From Eledone cirrhosa (lineage: Eukaryota): 64,000 bases of DNA. The DNA lies in the NCBI GenBank assembly GCA_964016885.1, contig OZ024742.1, positions 230,206,001 to 230,270,000 on the forward strand. Reading direction: 5' to 3'. The notes under the pieces were generated by a model. That model made no database searches, was not told the origin of the DNA, and was given only the letters and a program-made list of their open reading frames with translations. The translations under genes and the position numbers were made by a program. Positions 59,330 through 64,000 of the stretch are shown here, one piece after another; the first letter of the stretch is position 1, and the number at the start of each line of letters is the position of its first letter.

Positions 59330-59517
59330 CGAAGGAAATGTGGTAAGGAACCAGGTGGACCATAACGCACCAAAGTACTCAATACTTATGGTAGTAGAGT
59401 GGGTAACAGGAACGAGTAGGGCCGACGGCTGAGCTCAAGCCGTTTCGACGGCTAATTCTGTCCAGAATTAGCCGTCAAAACGGCTTGAGCTCAGCCGTCG
59501 GGGTCTTACTCGTTCCT
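59328..59517. mobile_element. Fold-back element family J, copy 2
   Basis: Arms 59408-59460 and 59463-59517 with a 2-nt loop; (TA)n flanks. Confidence 0.88.
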
Positions 59518-59784
59518 ATATATATATATATATATACACATTCAGAGAGGGAGAGAGAGAGAGAGGAAGAGAAAGATAGAGAGAAAAATACAGGCACACA
59601 CGTATATGTTCACACGCACTTATATCAATGAGTGTGTATATAGATGTGAATCCATGCCTATACAGATACCTTACATATTAAATAGTCCTTATTTTTACAT
59701 TTCTTGATGTATTTGTCTTGTCTACGTCAACTACATGCTCTATTTCCATAGGTTTGATGTATTACACATATATGTGAATGTGTG

Positions 59785-59848
<64 letters not shown>

Positions 59849-60002
59849 TGTGTGCGTCACTGCTTGTGTGTATGGGTCTGCTTCTGTGTGCGTGTGTGTG
59901 TGTGTGTCCGTTTTACTTTTTGTCCGTTTTACTTTTCACGTATGTATGCACGGATAAATTTGTGCATGTATGCATGTCTATCTATCTATCTATATATCTC
60001 TC

Positions 60003-60074
<72 letters not shown>

Positions 60075-60334
60075 TCGACGATGTGTATTTGTTCTTTATG
60101 TTTACCTTCGTGCCGTAAGTGTATGTGTGAAGGATCTCTCATCAATCAAATAAAAGATCGATAAAGACAGGGACTGCTATCGTGTGTGACTGTGGAAGTG
60201 TTTTATAAAAACAAACTTAAATACTTGGAATAAGTTGATGTTACCATTTCCATTTATAAATATATTTTATATAGACATTGCCGGACACTAAACCTGCCAG
60301 TCTAGTTGCACTACTAATTATATAATTAGCAGTG

Positions 60335-61495
60335 ACACATGGCTTAGTAGTGAGGATGTTAAGCACATGGTCATAAGATCGTGTGATCAATTCCTCAACA
60401 AGGAAGCGCGTTTTGTTCTTGAGCAAGGCATTTTATTTCCCGCTGTTATTTATCAAAACATTTGAGAAACCCTCTGTGAAGTGCAACCTCGTAGGAAACC
60501 AGCAAAACCTACAATGTGTACTGTTGATATGACTATGGCTCATTTTATTAAAACATCCAAAATATTTCTAATGAGACACAATGTAGTACGAGGCCAACTA
60601 TAGAAGCATAGATGAAGCTGTAAGTTTAACTTGTGAAAAGCTAATAGAGTATTATTGTTGAAGAGGTGTTGCTTAGTAATTAAGCTGCTGCACTCGTGAC
60701 ATTCTGAGTTCGATTATCAGAACTGGAGGTGTATTTTGTCCGTCAGCATGACACCACGTTACACATTGCCGTAGATCAGTCATTTTGCAAAAATGGCATT
60801 TGTAACTTTAAATGCCATCCTTCATAGGCACTGCCTCGCTGAATCTCCTTGAGATCCATATTAAGGGTGCGCATGTTTATGGTATGCTCATTCACTTTCG
60901 TATTCATTTCACATGGCGGTTGACCCCTTGATCGAACAAATGGATTGCTCGTCAATTGAACACATAGAAACGCACACGCTCACACACACTCACACACATG
61001 CAAACCCACACACATTGTCTATTTTATAGACATTACTGGACATTCAACAGTCTGGTTTAGTAATGCAGTTATCTATAACTACAGGCACGTGGCGTGATAG
61101 CTAGAGCTCTGCGCTCACAATACTAAGGTTGCGAATTCGATTCGCGGACTATGCGTCAGGCACTGTTCTATAGCATAACACTATATTTTACGTTGCTTTT
61201 CTAAACAAGACCAATGAGATATAACTTTGTAGGAAGCCTACAAAACATACATAGGTGTGAGCTTTAAATTAAACCTTTTCAGCTAATATATGTGAAGGTG
61301 TTCGGTTTAGTATTTAGTTTACTGCGACCATGTTCGTAAGGATATGAATTCGATTCCCAGGCCGGGAGGCGTGTTGTTCTTGCGCAAGGTATTTTATTTC
61401 CTGTTACCCAAGTCCACGTTTCGGTTAAAAAAAATTAGTTGTGTGACACTGGTGTCAAGCTATATCGGTATTTGCCTTCCCCTTGGACAACACCA
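60335..61495 (+). mobile_element. Cluster of about four old copies of a second tRNA-derived SINE family
   Basis: Recurrent heads (tggcttagtagtgagg...ttcgattcc...gtgttgttcttgagcaaggca.tttatttc) at about 60335, 60665, 61085 and 61295. Confidence 0.65.
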
Positions 61496-62094
61496 TATAT
61501 AGCGTATACATAATGTATATATCAGCTGCGAGGGCATTGGTACTGAGCTGAATCGACCTTTGTCATATAGAGCGTATATATAGTGTACATAACTGTTGCG
61601 ACAACATTTGTGCCAAGCTAGACCGGCCTTTGGCTTTCATTTTATGGGGAGGGCGAAAACTGACATGCGTCGGCTACTGCTGGTCTTCTACAAAAAAACA
61701 AAACAACAACTTTCTCTTCTTAGAGAAGAACTTTCCTGGCGCAAACCCAGGAAGAGGGCTTTCCTATCCAATTATATTATTAGCTCTATTTTTTGCAGTA
61801 GTAGTAGTAGTAGGAGATGCAGGCGGATTGGTGGCTTAATGTTAGAAGGGTAATAAAGTAGTGACAAGGTGTTAGTGTAACAGTGGTAGTATACCCCATA
61901 ATGTTATTGAATATGGAGTATTTATTCTGGCACAGTTGTAAAGAGGTAAGTGTTGCACCAATTTTTCAACTTAATCAGACTTTCTTTTATATCCTATTAT
62001 CCTCCAATAAGCATTGTTATTATTAGCTGTAGTTGTTGCTGTTGTTGTTGTTACTTGATTTGTTACTGTTGTTTATTTACAAAAGAATTGTAAG

Positions 62095-62110
62095 CGACAA
62101 CGACGACGAC

Positions 62111-62157
<47 letters not shown>

Positions 62158-62222
62158 GGTGGTGGTGGTGGTGGCGGTAGTGGTGGTGGTTGTGGATGGT
62201 GGTGGTGGTGGTGGCGGTGGCG

Positions 62223-62273
<51 letters not shown>

Positions 62274-62291
62274 GTAGTAGCGGTAGTAGTG

Positions 62292-62358
<67 letters not shown>

Positions 62359-62375
62359 CGGCAGCAGCAGTAGCC
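62095..62375. repeat. Compound trinucleotide microsatellite (GAC)n(GTA)n(GTG)n(GTA)n
   Basis: Direct reading. Confidence 0.95.
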
Positions 62376-63183
62376 GCAAATGAGTTTTACTAACAAGAAG
62401 CAAGCTTGCACAACACAACCGCACAATATAATCGTGTAGCATAGCAGAGCGATGTGTGGAGCATGTTTGTAAAAGAAGCGAAGAAAAGCTAAGAGTTAGT
62501 TGGAGTGGAGAACACCATATATAAAGTTAGTAATGAGATATGTTGTACTTTGAAAGAGGGAACCCCTTCTCGTTTTCTCAGCTCTGGTTATATTTATATT
62601 TTTTCTTAGTTTGAGAGAGAGGGGATAAGTGTGTGTGAGAGAGAAAGTGAGAGAGGGTGGGTGAGATAGAGAGAGAAGGAGAGAGAAAGAGAGAGATACC
62701 GAATGTTTTATTTGAAAGTATATAAAAAACCGAAGATGGATAGAAGAAATAACTCTTTATATATATACATCTCTGTATATTTTGACTGTTAGAAATTTAG
62801 AAATAAAACAAAATTCATAGAACAGAAATAACGGGGAATCTGTTATATTCCGAATAACCATTGTTTAATATATATATATTGATGAAAAGTGCTTGTAGAT
62901 TTATCTCCGTGTGAAACCAGTGATATTTTAGTGATAACAAGATAAACAAACAAGCGAAGATGGCATATTTAAAAAGAAGAATACGAGAGCGAAAAGGAAA
63001 CAATAAGTAAATATATGAAAGCACATGTACATTGAAACTGAAAGTAAAAGTGGGAATTGTTGAAAAGTAGATGCCATGAGATCAACAAACTGACGTATGG
63101 AGGAATGAAATAAAAAGGACGGAAGAACTACAGGCTGCTGCCTCCTCCACTGTCGCCGCCGCTACATTTACCACCACTGTTGC

Positions 63184-63214
<31 letters not shown>

Positions 63215-64000
63215 ATTGATACTGCTGTTGTTGCTGCTGCTGCTGCTATTATATTAATTGTTGATGCGTCTACTGCAGTGTGTGTGCGGTAGGCTGTCAG
63301 GTCGCGCATGCATGCCTGTATGTATACGTTGCATGCATTATTGACGAATGCCCCGACACTTGTTCATTCATCAGTCTTTCCACCTGTACGTCTCTCCTTA
63401 ACGACAGTCTCAGAGGGTAGTGCCGTTGATTCTGTTGCCGGGTTGGTCTCTCTCTTTTATTAATATTTTTCTTCCTTTCCTTCTCTTTTCCTCTTTCTCT
63501 TACCCATTATTTTTTTTGTTTTCTTCTTCTTCTTCTTCTTCTTTTTCTTCTTCTTCTTCTTCTCTCTCTCTCTCCTACTCTCTTTCACTTTCTATATTAC
63601 ACACCCCATTTTGTGTGTAATTGTATCTTTACATTTTTATCTCTCACTCGATTAACTATCACATACTCAGATACATACACAAACGCTTATACATACGCAC
63701 ATCTTCACTTTTCTCTCTGTCTTACTATCTTTCACTATCCATGTCTTTCTCTTTCTCGCTCTCTTTACCGTACTTTCTCGGTATTTTACTTAAACACTTT
63801 CTTTTCATTTACTTTCCTTTAAAATTTATAATTTTATTACAAATATATTTTCTACATATTTCCAAATAAGCTGTGCAAAATGTATTCCTTTTCTGACTTT
63901 TGATTAATATTTAATTATTTTACTTATGAGAAAAGTAATAATTTAACATGTATATTCTGTTTTCGCCTGTTTCTCTATTGATCTACTACCGTTGTTGTTT

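Overview
AT-rich, microsatellite-dense eukaryotic DNA, probably from an octopod cephalopod (inferred from the SINE family; not verified). I found no convincing host exon; most ORFs in the track are translated (TA)n, (CA)n or trinucleotide repeats. The window is a graveyard of mobile elements: a Chapaev3-type DNA transposon with TAA target duplications, a decayed RepHel Helitron plus a non-autonomous Helitron, two Penelope-like (PLE) families, RTE/LINE remnants (one with a 5' inversion), a MITE and many tRNA-derived SINEs. The most striking unannotated signal is about ten sequence-unrelated small non-coding repeat families, most abutting (TA)n tracts, that each carry a minimal type-I hammerhead ribozyme fold or part of one. 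Two families use the U3-A8 core variant. They occur as tandem retrozyme-like units (522, 595 and ~428 nt periods) or as head-to-head fold-back palindromes, and about half of the fold-back junctions fall inside the ribozyme stem II or core. All folds were read by eye; none has been tested computationally or biochemically.
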